Source: PVC group bacterium | GTDB lineage: Bacteria; GCA-001730085; JADFSZ01 | Reading direction: 5' to 3' | Assembly: GCA_022560555.1 (NCBI GenBank) | Contig: JADFSZ010000124.1 | Span: forward strand, 1-5,282 | DNA: 5,282 nucleotides | In this document: piece by piece, positions 5,234 to 5,282 of the stretch | Numbering within the stretch: the stretch's first letter is position 1 | Layout of the letters: each line of letters starts with the position of its first letter | The notes under the pieces: model-generated | The model's input: the letters and a program-made list of their open reading frames with translations, nothing else | Told to the model about the DNA's origin: nothing | The model's database searches: none | Program-made: the position numbers and the translations under genes

Positions 5234-5282
5234 ATGGTATTTAAAAGGCAAAAAGCTTTTACACTTATTGAACTGATGCTTG
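5234..5282 (+). CDS. gspG: 5' end of a prepilin-type (pseudo)pilin with a class III signal peptide (3' end outside the window), probably the major pseudopilin
   Basis: Translation: MVFKRQKAFTLIELML... There is a short basic leader, then the F-T-L-I-E-L-M core with Glu at +5, the hallmark of the prepilin N-terminal cleavage/methylation domain. Position after gspF matches gspG. Only 16 codons are visible, so the gspG versus pilA-type call is inferred from synteny. Confidence 0.75.
   Translation, partial: MVFKRQKAFTLIELML

Noticed and set aside
5163-5276. A 37-codon ORF (MSGFDICYIAKKKRSKSLFKREALWYLKGKKLLHLLN*) starts 2 nt after the platform stop and overlaps the pilin start out of frame
   Set aside because: It has no SD, and it reads through the strong SD and start of the pilin gene in another frame. 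Its basic, low-complexity sequence simply reflects the A-rich spacer. It cannot be fully excluded as a leader peptide, but nothing supports that.
1-5282. CRISPR repeats, tRNA/rRNA genes, IS elements with inverted repeats, integrase or att sites, and long direct repeats
   Set aside because: Reading both strands, I found no periodic direct repeats, no cloverleaf-capable conserved tRNA motifs in the short non-coding gaps, and no transposase- or integrase-like ORFs. Nearly all of the window is occupied by the five plus-strand genes.

Overview
The window is one same-strand (+), tightly packed operon fragment of a type II secretion / type IV filament machine. It contains: (i) the 3' end of a GspC/PilP-like gene encoding a secretin-interacting domain (2..175); (ii) a 660-aa secretin (227..2209); (iii) a 571-aa GspE/PilB-family assembly ATPase (2229..3944); (iv) a roughly 404-aa GspF/PilC platform protein (3946..5160); (v) the first 16 codons of a prepilin-type (pseudo)pilin (5234..5282, cut by the window edge). 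Gaps are 51, 19, 1 and 73 nt, and every gene has a Shine-Dalgarno sequence. I see no RNA genes, CRISPR array, mobile elements, long nucleotide repeats or convincing terminators. All long minus-strand ORFs lie antisense to strongly supported genes and look spurious. This is a divergent but recognisable member of a well-known family, not an obviously new system. Points worth a second look are listed here. The ATPase N-terminus carries a near-complete tandem MshEN-type c-di-GMP-binding motif. Gene order and secretin domain count are T2SS-like, while several sequence signatures are T4P-like. The prepilin leader has Ala instead of the near-invariant Gly at -1. The secretin has unusual N- and C-terminal extensions. 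There is a possible internal promoter ahead of the secretin gene. Taxonomy cannot be assigned from sequence alone; by eye the DNA is moderately AT-rich and the proteins are rich in Lys/Ile/Glu.
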